Assembly: GCA_005223125.1 (NCBI GenBank)
Contig: NJBH01000009.1
Span: 1-64,000, forward strand
Source of the DNA: Promethearchaeota archaeon Loki_b32
GTDB taxonomy: Archaea > Asgardarchaeota > Lokiarchaeia > Sigyniarchaeales > SOKP01
Length of the DNA stretch: 64,000 nucleotides
Reading direction: 5' to 3'
Shown here: positions 19,741 to 30,238 of the stretch, in pieces
How the letters are laid out: each line of letters begins with the position of its first letter
How positions within the stretch are numbered: position 1 is the stretch's first letter
The notes under the pieces: generated by a model
Databases searched by the model: none
Seen by the model: only the letters and a program-made list of their open reading frames with translations
Told to the model about the DNA's origin: nothing
Translations under genes and position numbers: made by a program

Positions 19741-19895
19741 ACTTTTTTTTTTATTTTTATTTACAGTTAATCATCTCAAATTTTATTTTGTCTAATTAAC
19801 ATTATTTATATATAATTAGATTCAATTTAACTTTAAAACTAGAATTTTCCTAAACAATAATTTTCCTCCATAAATCTTTAAATTGTGCTTTATTT

Positions 19896-20243
19896 ATGAT
19901 TGAAGAATTAATACGGGTAAGAGGTATTGGCCCCACCGCAGCAGAGAGATTGATGAATGCGGGAGTTAAATCTGTTGAGGAAATTGCTCATTCTAAACCT
20001 GAGGAATTAGCATGGATTAAAGGGATTGGTATAGTTTCAGCAAACAGTATTATTCAAAATGCTAATGAATTGCTAAATTTAGAAAAAGGAATTCAGAATG
20101 TATTAAATTCAATTAAAGAAAATTTTGCGAAAAGTTGCCCTAAATGTGGAGGAGATATGAACGAACGATTAATTATTCTAGGTCCCGAAAGGAGATTAAG
20201 AGCAAACCAGTGCATGTTATGTAAGTTTTATATGCCTATGTAA
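19896..20243 (+). CDS. helix-hairpin-helix protein with C-terminal zinc ribbon
   Basis: VRGIGPTAAERL, IKGIG, CPKCGG...CMLC. Confidence 0.8.
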   Translation: MIEELIRVRGIGPTAAERLMNAGVKSVEEIAHSKPEELAWIKGIGIVSANSIIQNANELLNLEKGIQNVLNSIKENFAKSCPKCGGDMNERLIILGPERRLRANQCMLCKFYMPM

Positions 20244-20303
20244 TAGATTTAACAAGAGATTATGTAAAGTAAAAATTACCATACGCTAATATTTTTTTAA
20301 ATA

Positions 20304-21278
20304 TTACACTCTCATCCAAAAAGTAAAAAGAAATATATATGACATAAAATAAAGCGAAATGAAAAAAATTCCTGCTTTTTTATCTACTTTTTTTCTTACT
20401 GCAATTGTTATAAAAACAATTAAACTTGCTATTAACGTGTATAAAACTGTGGGTACAGCAAGTGCTGCTGTTACCAAATTAGGGTTTTGATTAAATACGA
20501 CTTGCCCAATCCCAATAGAGAGTGTTGAATCCACGATACATGAACCTACAATATCTCCTATAGCGATTTGGTGGTGTCCTAATTTTAAGGCATTGATATC
20601 GACAGCCAATTCCGGGAGAGAAGTGCCCACCGCAACAATAAAGAAACTTATTATATATTCATGAATGTTTAAAACACTTGAAAGAATAATAACAGATTCG
20701 ACGATCATATAAGCTGCTAAGGCTACACCACCAAATCCTAATGCAGCTATTAAGATGTGAAACTTTTTACTTTTAGGTGCTTTTATTTTTTCAATCATTT
20801 CTACTCTTTGCAGTATACTATCCTTATTAGCGTTATATATTAACCAGATATAAAATCCTAAGCTTCCAACTAATAAAATTCCGTTGAATCTAGTGATATA
20901 TGCTTTCTCAACAATAGTAAAGATTAATGTTAATGATAAAATTTCGCAAGCACCTAAAACAATTATGTCCCTTCGATGAATATAAAACATTCCAGCAACT
21001 AATGGTAATATTCCAAACACTAAGGTAAGTTGTGTTAAATCTGAACCCACAGAATCACCAACATCAATATCACTATGCCCTAATGCACAAGACATAAGAG
21101 AATTAAAAATCTCTGAAATATCTGTACCTATAGAGACCAAAGTTATTCCAATTATTAAAGGTGAAACTCCGAGCGCAGCAGCAAGTATAGCAGAATGCTT
21201 TACGGCCTTCATGCTAGAGTAAATAATAAGAGCTATTCCACCAATAAGTGTTAATATTGCCAATAATAGTTGAATCAT
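20304..21278 (-). CDS. Na+/Ca2+ (CaCA, YrbG-like) antiporter
   Basis: alpha repeats SIGTDISE and AVGTSLPE, GDIVGS. Confidence 0.9.
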   Translation of the reverse strand: MIQLLLAILTLIGGIALIIYSSMKAVKHSAILAAALGVSPLIIGITLVSIGTDISEIFNSLMSCALGHSDIDVGDSVGSDLTQLTLVFGILPLVAGMFYIHRRDIIVLGACEILSLTLIFTIVEKAYITRFNGILLVGSLGFYIWLIYNANKDSILQRVEMIEKIKAPKSKKFHILIAALGFGGVALAAYMIVESVIILSSVLNIHEYIISFFIVAVGTSLPELAVDINALKLGHHQIAIGDIVGSCIVDSTLSIGIGQVVFNQNPNLVTAALAVPTVLYTLIASLIVFITIAVRKKVDKKAGIFFISLYFMSYIFLFTFWMRV

Positions 21279-21536
21279 TTTTTAACTATATTTCTTTAGT
21301 TTTTGATTTATCTTTTCTTATTTGAGAGTTAACGAGAAAATAAGGTAAACAATGGTTTCAAAACTACATTCTTGGATATGTTATTAATTTATCGTAAATA
21401 ATATGCGATAAACTCTTCTTTCAGTTCTAATAGATATTAGCCCCTATTTAAAATTATCCATTTTTTATCCAATAACATCCATAGAGAATCCAAAAAAGAG
21501 TAAACTTATTATATAAAAAGATTCAAAAAATAACTA

Positions 21537-21692
21537 ATGGATAATGAAAAACATGAATTTCACATATCAATAGAGAAAGAAGTCTTTGATAAATTAGAAT
21601 CTATCAAAGATTATCACGGAATAAAAAATGTTACTGAAATTATCAGATTTTTAATAACAAAGGAACATAGAGAAATAAAGAAATCTGAATAA
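21537..21692 (+). CDS. 51-aa ribbon-helix-helix (CopG-like) protein, not in ORF track
   Basis: MDNEKHEFHISIEKEVFDKLESIKDYHGIKNVTEIIRFLITKEHREIKKSE: beta strand, helix, G, helix. Confidence 0.7.
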   Translation: MDNEKHEFHISIEKEVFDKLESIKDYHGIKNVTEIIRFLITKEHREIKKSE

Positions 21693-21725
21693 ATTCAAAG
21701 ATTTATTATAAACTCTAAATTTATA

Positions 21726-22481
21726 TTAAGATTTTACTATTTTAAGCAACTCCGTAAATATTTCACCAGCACTACCCTTTAGAAAAACATCAGCTAAATC
21801 ATCCATAACTGTATTTTCTCGATTTATAAAAATAAGCTTAGCTCCATACTGTTTCGCTATTGATGGCATAAAATTTGCTGGTGAAACTAATAAAGAACTT
21901 CCAACAACAATTAAACAATCTGCATTAGTACACTCATTCATCGCACCTTCTAAAACACCATGAGGGAGGGGTTCACCAAATAATACTACTTTTGGTTTTA
22001 TATATCCTGAACATTCACATACAGGATATTTTACATCTTTAGTATCAATTTCTTCATAGTTAAATTCTTTATTGCATTTAATGCAATGAAGTTTCCCATA
22101 CTCTCCATGTAGCTGATAAATTCTAGCACCATTTATGCCACTTCCAGCTTTTTGATGTAACATATCAATATTTTGCGTAATCACAGCTTTTACTTTACCC
22201 ATTTTCTCTAATTCAGCGATAGCTAAATGTGCTTGATTAGGCGCAGCTGTACTTACTAAATCTTCTAAGCATCTGTGCATTTTCCAGAATTTACTAGGAT
22301 CCTGTAAAAAATACTGATAACTAGCATAAATTCCTGGATCATACCGCCCCCAAAGACCTCCAGGACTGCGGAAATCATCAATTCCAGATTCCGTTGAAAT
22401 ACCAGCTCCAGAGAATACTACAATATAATTAGAGTTTTTAATTAAGAGAGCTGCATCAAATATCTTTTCTTGATCAATCAT
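21726..22481 (-). CDS. cobB: NAD-dependent protein deacylase, Sir2 family
   Basis: GAGISTESGI.DFR, TQNID, HG, CxxC..CxC, VGSSL, FIN. Confidence 0.95.
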   Translation of the reverse strand: MIDQEKIFDAALLIKNSNYIVVFSGAGISTESGIDDFRSPGGLWGRYDPGIYASYQYFLQDPSKFWKMHRCLEDLVSTAAPNQAHLAIAELEKMGKVKAVITQNIDMLHQKAGSGINGARIYQLHGEYGKLHCIKCNKEFNYEEIDTKDVKYPVCECSGYIKPKVVLFGEPLPHGVLEGAMNECTNADCLIVVGSSLLVSPANFMPSIAKQYGAKLIFINRENTVMDDLADVFLKGSAGEIFTELLKIVKS

Positions 22482-22517
22482 AATGATAAAACAAAACTCT
22501 TAAAGAAATTATTTATA

Positions 22518-23192
22518 TTAAAAATTATAAAATTTACCCTTGTCCTTAAGTTGATAAAATCCAAATCTCTCTCTTCGTCTTCCTTTCATAGCTTCCGTCT
22601 GCCATTTCATATCTTTTGTATAGAATTGAGATTTATGTTTCTTTAATGCTTCATAAACTTTAAACCTTAAATCTCCTATTTTAATTTTTACGAGATTTTG
22701 CCCTTGAGCTTGCAATGGATTTTTTAGAGCATAAACATAAAATTTAAGATCCTCCATATTAAGTTCTTCTGCTACTTGAATCACAATATCATAAGTAGCC
22801 TGATGATCCTTGTGTTCGTTATTATTGCTTGGAATTACAAAGATATCCGCGTTTCTGACAATATTCTTAATTTTTTTCACAGCTTCGTCAATATGATTAA
22901 TTAACTCTTGATCATAAAATTTCAAAAAATGTCTTTTTTCTTTTTTTACACCTAAGAATTCACCTGCAATTTCTGCTTCAGTTAATCTAATTTTCGCTAA
23001 TTCCTCCTCTGAAATTCTTGATTCTTCACAATCGTCAAGAGTATTCTCTTCTCTTGATTTTCGATATCCTGCTCTACCGTCTGTCAACCAAATAATCTGA
23101 ACATCATGTCCTGTTTCAACCCATTTGATAATTGAACCCCCGGCACCATAACTTTCATCATCAGGATGAGGAGCAAAAACTATAATTTTGAA
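22518..23192 (-). CDS. PIG-L/LmbE family deacetylase; non-canonical start
   Basis: Upstream in-frame extension KIIVFAPHPDDE..GAGG..TDG plus HKDH; no ATG/GTG/TTG before the HPDDE motif. Confidence 0.85.
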   Translation of the reverse strand, partial: FKIIVFAPHPDDESYGAGGSIIKWVETGHDVQIIWLTDGRAGYRKSREENTLDDCEESRISEEELAKIRLTEAEIAGEFLGVKKEKRHFLKFYDQELINHIDEAVKKIKNIVRNADIFVIPSNNNEHKDHQATYDIVIQVAEELNMEDLKFYVYALKNPLQAQGQNLVKIKIGDLRFKVYEALKKHKSQFYTKDMKWQTEAMKGRRRERFGFYQLKDKGKFYNF

Positions 23193-23629
23193 AAGTGTTC
23201 ACCAATTTGATAGAAGTAGTATTTCTATATTTAGCATATCTAAATAATTATTTATTGCATTAAAATTAGATGATTATCTTTTTAAAAGCTTAAATTATGG
23301 TTTTATATCCTTAAGATCCTCCTAAATCTATATTTTTAAGTATACAAACCGTGTAGATTTAACTTATTGTAATATAGTTGGCAAATAGCTGGGTTTGGAG
23401 TGTATATTTACTCAGCAATTATTCCAGTTATGTTATTACTTAATAAAACAAACAATTTTAGAAATAAAATAATATTACACCGGACGAAGTAGCACCTAAT
23501 AAAGATAAATTAATAGAACTGGGGCTTTAAATTAAAATTTGGAATAATTTTTCAAATTTTTTTCTTTTCCTTAATTTGGAATAAAAAAATATGTAATAGA
23601 TGAAAAACTTTCATTAATCGTAAAAATGA

Positions 23630-24274
23630 GTGGTTTATATGGATGTTATGAAAAAATTACAAGAATTAAGATTAATCCCTGTTGTTACAATAGAAAATTC
23701 AGAGAATGCTATTCCTCTTGGTCAAGCCCTTATTGAAGCTGGACTTCCAATTATTGAAATAACTTTCCGGACTCTAGCTGCCGAGCAGTCAATTTCTGTA
23801 TTATCGAAGAATATGTCACATATCTTTGTTGGGGCTGGAACTGTTCTTACAATTGAACAAATAAAAAAGGCAGTAAATGCTGGAGCTCAATTCATAGTTA
23901 CTCCCGGTTTTAATCCAAAAATTATTGACTATTGCTTAAGTAATAAAATTCCGATAATTCCAGGTGTTAATACTCCTACTATGGTGGAGTGGGCTCTTGA
24001 TAGAGGATTAAAAGTCGTGAAATTCTTCCCCGCTAATCTTTCTGGAGGAACTAAGATGCTTGAAAGTTTGGCAGGACCCTATCCAGAAATGAAATTTGTG
24101 CCTACTGGCGGAATAAATAACGAATCATTAGTTGATTATTTAAAATTAAGTAATGTTCTTGCATGTGGTGGAAGTTGGATAGTAAAAAAAGATTTAATTT
24201 CTACTGGACAATTTGAGGAGATTAAAAATTTGACCAAAACGGCAATTTCATTAATTAATTCAGAAATTATATAA
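23630..24274 (+). CDS. eda: KDPG/KHG aldolase (bacterial Eda type)
   Basis: IEITFRT, VGAGTVL, FIVTPG, PGVNTPT, KFFPA, PTGGI. Confidence 0.93.
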   Translation: MVYMDVMKKLQELRLIPVVTIENSENAIPLGQALIEAGLPIIEITFRTLAAEQSISVLSKNMSHIFVGAGTVLTIEQIKKAVNAGAQFIVTPGFNPKIIDYCLSNKIPIIPGVNTPTMVEWALDRGLKVVKFFPANLSGGTKMLESLAGPYPEMKFVPTGGINNESLVDYLKLSNVLACGGSWIVKKDLISTGQFEEIKNLTKTAISLINSEII

Positions 24275-24276
24275 GG

Positions 24277-24456
24277 TTACCATCGATAATAAATATCCTC
24301 AGCATGTAGATCCCATTCTTTAATTCTTGACCATACCTTTCTAATATTTTCTTTATTATATTTTAATATTGGTTTTCTTGCCCAACCTTATTGTAGAAGG
24401 GAGCCATTTTTATTAAATACATTTGATGGTTCAATAATTTCGTTTTGCATTCCCAT
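24277..24456 (-). pseudogene. DUF2804-like N-terminal remnant with internal stop
   Basis: MQNEIIEPSNVFNKNGSLLQ*GWARKPILKYNKENI...RIKEWD; TAA at 24388-24390, truncated after KEWD. Confidence 0.65.
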
Positions 24457-24546
24457 ACTTTATTTAGTTTTATCCACTTTTTAAAAGATAATTTTAAAAA
24501 AGATTTGAAATAAGATAAAATATTTGGGAATTATAAAAAATTAAAT

Positions 24547-25818
24547 GTGAATTTAATGTCTTTAGAATTTGAAAAGAATTTGGAAAAATTTGCTGAAGTT
24601 ATAGTAAAAATCGGTCTGAATGTACAACCTGGACAACGTTTATTGATCGGAGGGCCCACTACATACTCCTTTGGAGCACCAATTGAATTAGCTCCTTTAG
24701 TTCGGTTAATTACAAAAAAGGCTTATCAGATTGGAGCTAGATTGGTTGAGGTAATGTGGGATGATAATCAATTGAGGTTAATTCGATTTCAACACGCTCC
24801 TCGAGATTCATTTGAAGAATATCCTACATGGCGAACCGATTGTCAATATAAATTTGGTAAAGTAGGAGATTCTGTGCTTCTTTTTGCTGCCTGGAATCCT
24901 GATTTACTCAAGGGACATGATACGGAATTGATGTCAACTGCACGTAATATGTATCTTAAACATCGAAAAACTTTCGGTGATTTAATTTCTCGAAGTGCAG
25001 TGAATTGGTCAGGAATAACAGCTCCAGTTGATGGTTGGGCAGAAAAAGTATTTCCTGATGTTGCTCCAGAGGATCAAAAAGCCAAATTTTGGGATATAAT
25101 TTTTGAAATATGTCGGGTGAAAAATGAAGATCCTATTACTGCCTGGGAGGATCATATCAAACAACTCGCAGCTAGGAGTAAATATTTGAATAAAAAGCGG
25201 TATGATTCATTAAAATTGGTTGCTCCTGGAACAGATCTCATAGTTGGGTTACCCAAAGGTCATATTTGGGGAAGTGCTCGATTTAGAACTCAAAGTGGTA
25301 TTGATTTTGTAGGTAATATACCCACCGAGGAGGTTTTTACAACAACAAATAAGGATAAAACCGAAGGTGTTGTGACTGCTACAAAACCTCTCCCCAGTGA
25401 TGTTATGATTAAAGATTTTAGTTTAACTTTTTCCAAGGGACAGGTTGTAGAAGCCACTGCGAGAAAAGGAGATGAATATTTACATAAAATTCTTGAAAGA
25501 GATGAAGGTGCTAGACGGTTAGGTGAGATTGCTCTTGTTCCTCACAGTTCGCCCATCTCAAAGTCAGGATTGCTTTTTTATAATGTTCTAATTGATGAAA
25601 ATGCTTCATCGCATATTGCTATAGGTCGAGGTTTTAAATTTGCTTTGAAAAACGGTGGAAATATGTCTGATGAGGAATTTTCTGCAGTTGGTGGTAATAT
25701 TAGTAAGACACACATTGATTTTATGATTGGATCAGACAAAATGGATGTTGACGGAATTACAGAAGATGGGAAAACAGAACCTATAATGAGAAAAGGAGAA
25801 TGGGCTTTTAATGTTTAA
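24547..25818 (+). CDS. M29 aminopeptidase (AmpS/PepS/AmpT)
   Basis: GLNVQPGQ, NIPTEEVFT, LGEIALV, DENASSHIAIG, HIDFMIG. Confidence 0.95.
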   Translation: MNLMSLEFEKNLEKFAEVIVKIGLNVQPGQRLLIGGPTTYSFGAPIELAPLVRLITKKAYQIGARLVEVMWDDNQLRLIRFQHAPRDSFEEYPTWRTDCQYKFGKVGDSVLLFAAWNPDLLKGHDTELMSTARNMYLKHRKTFGDLISRSAVNWSGITAPVDGWAEKVFPDVAPEDQKAKFWDIIFEICRVKNEDPITAWEDHIKQLAARSKYLNKKRYDSLKLVAPGTDLIVGLPKGHIWGSARFRTQSGIDFVGNIPTEEVFTTTNKDKTEGVVTATKPLPSDVMIKDFSLTFSKGQVVEATARKGDEYLHKILERDEGARRLGEIALVPHSSPISKSGLLFYNVLIDENASSHIAIGRGFKFALKNGGNMSDEEFSAVGGNISKTHIDFMIGSDKMDVDGITEDGKTEPIMRKGEWAFNV

Positions 25819-25821
25819 AGT

Positions 25822-27231
25822 TCATTCGATTTTTTGGCATATCTTATCAATTTTTTTTATTGTATCATCAACAATTTCATCAGAATGAAGCATACAGGTA
25901 TAAAATCTGCTGCCAGCTACAGAAATTATCTCTTGATCGACTAATGCCGCGCCCATTTCATCCATGAAGTCTTTTCGAATTTTAATTTGCCCTGATTGTT
26001 TTGGATCGTTTAAATCCAAGCCAAAAACACAACTTGTATGAAAATGGACAGTTCCACCAAAATTATATGAAAACCATGGTAAATTATATTTCTCAAATAC
26101 TTCATTTAAACCATGTGATAATCGAGAAGCAGCTCGTCCTGCTTTCTCTGTAGCTTTTGTTTCTTCTACGTATTTCATAGCCCAATAGGCAGCTGCGCAT
26201 GTTAAAGGGTTTGCTGCTAATGTACCTCCACAATACGCCCTTTTAGCACCACCTCCAACTCCTGCTGCAACAGTCGCCATAATATCTGCTCGACCACCTA
26301 AAGCTGCTGCAGAGGGATATCCATGACCAACAATTTTCCCAAAGACAGATAAATCTGGATTATATCCAAAATATCCTTGCCCTCCAGACATGTGTAATCG
26401 AAATGCGCAAACAACTTCATCAGAAATTAATAACGTTCCATTATTATGGCATAATTCTTCTACCTCCTTATTAAAACCCAATCTAACGGGATTAGCCCCT
26501 GATTCACCACCCATTGGTTCAATAATAACAGCTGCAACTTTCTTTTTCTCTTTAAATATTTGTTCCAAAGCTTCAATATCATTAGGTGGAATGGAATCAA
26601 TATATTTATAGATTTCTTTTGGTATTCCATGAGATTCTAGCCTCTTAGTCCCAGAAATATGCATGTCAAAAACCAATTGATCAGACCACCCATGATAACT
26701 TCCACCAATTTTAATAATGTGTTTTCTACCTGTAAATATACGTGCTACACGGATTGCTAACATGTCAGCTTCAGTGCCAGATTGCAACCACCTAATAATT
26801 TCACAAGATGGAAAATGTTTTTGTAATTGTTCAGCAGCTAAATATTCATATTCATTAGTTAATCCGTGACAAGGTCCAAATTCTTGAATAACCTCACCAA
26901 CTTTATCGATTAAGGGTTTATATTGATGACCTAAAATGATAGGACCTCCACACATTAAATAATCTGTTAAAACTACTTCATCTATAGTCTCCATATAACA
27001 AGCATACACGCGCTTACTAGCGAGCGGAAAGGGGTGATTAAAAGCAAGATTATGTTCTACACCACCAGGGATAATTTTGCGTGCTCTTTCATATGCTTCT
27101 TTAGATTTTGGGTGATTATTATGATACCTTTCAATAATCCCTTTCAATTCCTTTGGTTTAAATTTTCTAATTGGTTGATTCACAATGTTTTCAATTCTAG
27201 CTCTCATATCTTCATATTTCATACTAGACAT
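25822..27231 (-). CDS. class III PLP aminotransferase, glutamate-1-semialdehyde aminomutase-like
   Basis: IPGGV, GPIILGH, SGTEA, GSYHGW, DEVV..FR, FGKIVGHG, GTLAANP. Confidence 0.9.
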   Translation of the reverse strand: MSSMKYEDMRARIENIVNQPIRKFKPKELKGIIERYHNNHPKSKEAYERARKIIPGGVEHNLAFNHPFPLASKRVYACYMETIDEVVLTDYLMCGGPIILGHQYKPLIDKVGEVIQEFGPCHGLTNEYEYLAAEQLQKHFPSCEIIRWLQSGTEADMLAIRVARIFTGRKHIIKIGGSYHGWSDQLVFDMHISGTKRLESHGIPKEIYKYIDSIPPNDIEALEQIFKEKKKVAAVIIEPMGGESGANPVRLGFNKEVEELCHNNGTLLISDEVVCAFRLHMSGGQGYFGYNPDLSVFGKIVGHGYPSAAALGGRADIMATVAAGVGGGAKRAYCGGTLAANPLTCAAAYWAMKYVEETKATEKAGRAASRLSHGLNEVFEKYNLPWFSYNFGGTVHFHTSCVFGLDLNDPKQSGQIKIRKDFMDEMGAALVDQEIISVAGSRFYTCMLHSDEIVDDTIKKIDKICQKIE

Positions 27232-27533
27232 ATTAAATCAAAAATAGCATTTTTTTGGTAACTAAACTAAGTAGTAAATTGTAACATCAAAAATTAAGTT
27301 TGTTTTTTAAAGAATCAAATAGTTTTACTCAGATTTCATTGAGATTATATTTGTATCTTCTAGTAATTAATGGGAATGATTAATTTATGATTAATAAGAG
27401 CTTCAATTATATCTATAATGGTGTCTTCATTTTTGTGATTCAATTTTTCTATTAAGGTCATTAGTTTAAATATATTTTTTATTGACTTTAACTCAGAAAA
27501 TCTTTATTTGTATTAACATCATTTATATAAAAT

Positions 27534-29156
27534 ATGTCTAATTCACAAAGAAAATATATCCTAGCAATTGATCATGGTACTGGTGGTCCAAAATCCGCTA
27601 TAGTATCTACACAAGGGGAGGTTCTCGAATGGGCTTTTCAAGAAGTATCTTTACATGTAGAAAAAGGTGGGGCAGTAGAACAAGATCCTGATGATTGGTG
27701 GAAAGCTATTTTGAAAACTTCCAAGCAAGTTATTGATAATAGTAGAGTTTCAGTTGATGATATTGTAGGTGTGTGCAACACAAGCCAATGGAGCGGAACT
27801 GTAGCAGTTGATAAAGATGGAAATCATTTAATGAATTCAATAATTTGGATGGATACAAGGGGGTCAAAATACATTGAAAAATTTTATAAGAGCTTAATTC
27901 AAGTATCCGGATATTCTTTATCTAAAATTTTAAAATGGATAAAACGAACTGGGGGAGGTCCTAGTCAAAGTGGGAAGGATCCGATCGCACATATATTATG
28001 GATTAAGAATGAACTCCCTGAGATTTATAATAAGACTTTCAAATTCTTAGAACCTCAAGATTTTATTAATGCAAAACTTACAGGGAAATATGCTGCTTCA
28101 CCAGTTTCAATTCACCTCCATTGGGTAACAGATATAAGAGATATTAATAATGTGAAATATTCAAAAAAACTAATTAAAGGCTTAAAAATCGACCCACAGA
28201 AATTACCAGAAATTAAATCTTCAATTGATATACTCGGACCATTAAAAAATAATGTAGCTGATGAATTAGGACTTAATAGAGGAGTTAAGGTCGTTGTAGG
28301 CGCACCAGATGTGCCATCTGCGACAGTTGGATCTGGTGCTGTTAATAACTATGAAGCACATATTTATATTGGCACATCTGATTGGTTAACGTGCCACGTT
28401 CCCCATAAAAAAACAGATCTTACTCATAATATGGCTAGCGTTCCATCCGCAATTCCGGGAAGATATATTATTGGCAATGAACAAGAAATAGCTGGAGGGG
28501 CACTATCATTTCTTAGAGATAACATTTTATACCATAAAGATGAGTTATTAAAAGAAGAAGCTGTTCCCGATGTGTATAAAATATTCGATAGAATAGTGGA
28601 AAATGTTCCTGCTGGTTCAAACAATCTTATTTTTACTCCTTGGCTTATAGGAGAAAGGACTCCGATTGAAGATCATACTATAAGAGGCGGCCTATATAAT
28701 CTATCGTTAGAAATGACTCGCGAACACATAATCCGAGCAATTTTTGAAGGTGTAGCATATAATATACGATGGTTATTTATGTATATAGAGAAATTTGTTC
28801 AAAAATGGAAAATGAAAGAAAACCCGAGTATGACAAAGCAGGATATTATAATCCCTGAACTTAATATTATCGGGGGTGGAGCTCAGAGTAATATATGGTG
28901 TCAGATTTTTGCTGATGTTCTTAACAGAAACATAAAACAAGTATCAAATCCAATTCAAGCAAATGCTCGTGGAGCTGCGTTTATTGGTTCTGTAGGACTG
29001 GGATATCTTAAATGGGATGAGATCCAAAGATGTTGTGAGATTTCAAATATCTTTACACCTAATCCAGAAAACAGAGAAGTATATGATAAGCTATTCAAGG
29101 AATATTTGAATATATATAAAATTATGAGAAAACCCTTTAAACGCTTAAATGAATAA
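27534..29156 (+). CDS. FGGY carbohydrate kinase (xylulokinase-like)
   Basis: IDHGT, EQDP..WW, WMDTR, GTS, PWLIGERTP, GGGAQS. Confidence 0.92.
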   Translation: MSNSQRKYILAIDHGTGGPKSAIVSTQGEVLEWAFQEVSLHVEKGGAVEQDPDDWWKAILKTSKQVIDNSRVSVDDIVGVCNTSQWSGTVAVDKDGNHLMNSIIWMDTRGSKYIEKFYKSLIQVSGYSLSKILKWIKRTGGGPSQSGKDPIAHILWIKNELPEIYNKTFKFLEPQDFINAKLTGKYAASPVSIHLHWVTDIRDINNVKYSKKLIKGLKIDPQKLPEIKSSIDILGPLKNNVADELGLNRGVKVVVGAPDVPSATVGSGAVNNYEAHIYIGTSDWLTCHVPHKKTDLTHNMASVPSAIPGRYIIGNEQEIAGGALSFLRDNILYHKDELLKEEAVPDVYKIFDRIVENVPAGSNNLIFTPWLIGERTPIEDHTIRGGLYNLSLEMTREHIIRAIFEGVAYNIRWLFMYIEKFVQKWKMKENPSMTKQDIIIPELNIIGGGAQSNIWCQIFADVLNRNIKQVSNPIQANARGAAFIGSVGLGYLKWDEIQRCCEISNIFTPNPENREVYDKLFKEYLNIYKIMRKPFKRLNE

Positions 29157-29219
29157 TCAAATATAATCTTCTACAACGCAATTAAAACTCATTTTTCTTA
29201 TTCTTTTCTCTAGAATTTC

Positions 29220-30083
29220 TTAATCATTGATTTTTTTCGCTAATTCGGGAGAAATTCTTCTGTGAACGAATTCTTTTATGAAACTTATATAGTTTTTTGA
29301 AACTGTTGAGGTAATTGCGATTTCTTTTAATTTTTTAATTAAATCCTTCTTTGAGATTTTTTTAACAGATTTTACAATTATTAGAGTTTTCTCAACATCT
29401 TCTAAAAACTTAGAAATATAGAAAGCTATAAATTTTAGTTGTTCATTTTTATCATCTTTACTTAAAGCAGAATTAATAATTGATTGTTCTAGTTCTAAGC
29501 CTGTTATCCAAGGCATTTGGACTATATATTTGCGGTTGTTCATAAGAAAAGCAGTTTTTCTCTTAATTTTAACCAAAGCATAGAAATATGTGACTAATGG
29601 ATAAATATCCCCGTCATATTTAAAAGTTTTTAAACTTCTTGTGTTTTTATACATTTCTGGCATTAAGTCATCAAGAACATTATTTATTACATCCAAATTT
29701 ACTTTAAATTCATTTTTAACAATAATATACAACGGATAATTAAACAACTTTGCATGAATTAAACCAGCGAAACATTGAAATCCCATTATATCGATAAATT
29801 CTTTTAAACTTATTGTTTTACCATCTTCTCGTGTTTTAATATCAGCTAGTGACAATATTGACAAATCGACAGTTTCGTATCCAATAATTCTTCCCTGAAC
29901 ATCTAGAAATACAATAAATATATGATCTTGACATACAGCACCTTTAGGTACCTGTATTTTTACATGACCAAATTTTTTTTCAGAAAATAAAGTTATAGGA
30001 ACTGGTACAGATTTTTCTGCGCCACAACTTGGACAAGTAACATGAATTGATTTATATTGTACTTGCATCATATACCCCACCAA
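29220..30083 (-). CDS. hypothetical protein with N-terminal Zn-ribbon (CPSC...CQDH)
   Basis: Long ORF; motif type common in Lokiarchaeia hypotheticals. Confidence 0.7.
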   Translation of the reverse strand: MVGYMMQVQYKSIHVTCPSCGAEKSVPVPITLFSEKKFGHVKIQVPKGAVCQDHIFIVFLDVQGRIIGYETVDLSILSLADIKTREDGKTISLKEFIDIMGFQCFAGLIHAKLFNYPLYIIVKNEFKVNLDVINNVLDDLMPEMYKNTRSLKTFKYDGDIYPLVTYFYALVKIKRKTAFLMNNRKYIVQMPWITGLELEQSIINSALSKDDKNEQLKFIAFYISKFLEDVEKTLIIVKSVKKISKKDLIKKLKEIAITSTVSKNYISFIKEFVHRRISPELAKKIND

Positions 30084-30238
30084 AAATTAGAATTATTAAA
30101 AACGTACATTTAAACACGTGACTTTTTACAAATATAAATCTATCCCAATTTAAAAGATGTTCAGATATCTACACAATATAAGTAAAAGCCAATATAAAAA
30201 ATAAAATAATATTTAAAAAAAGAGAAAAAAACTAACAC

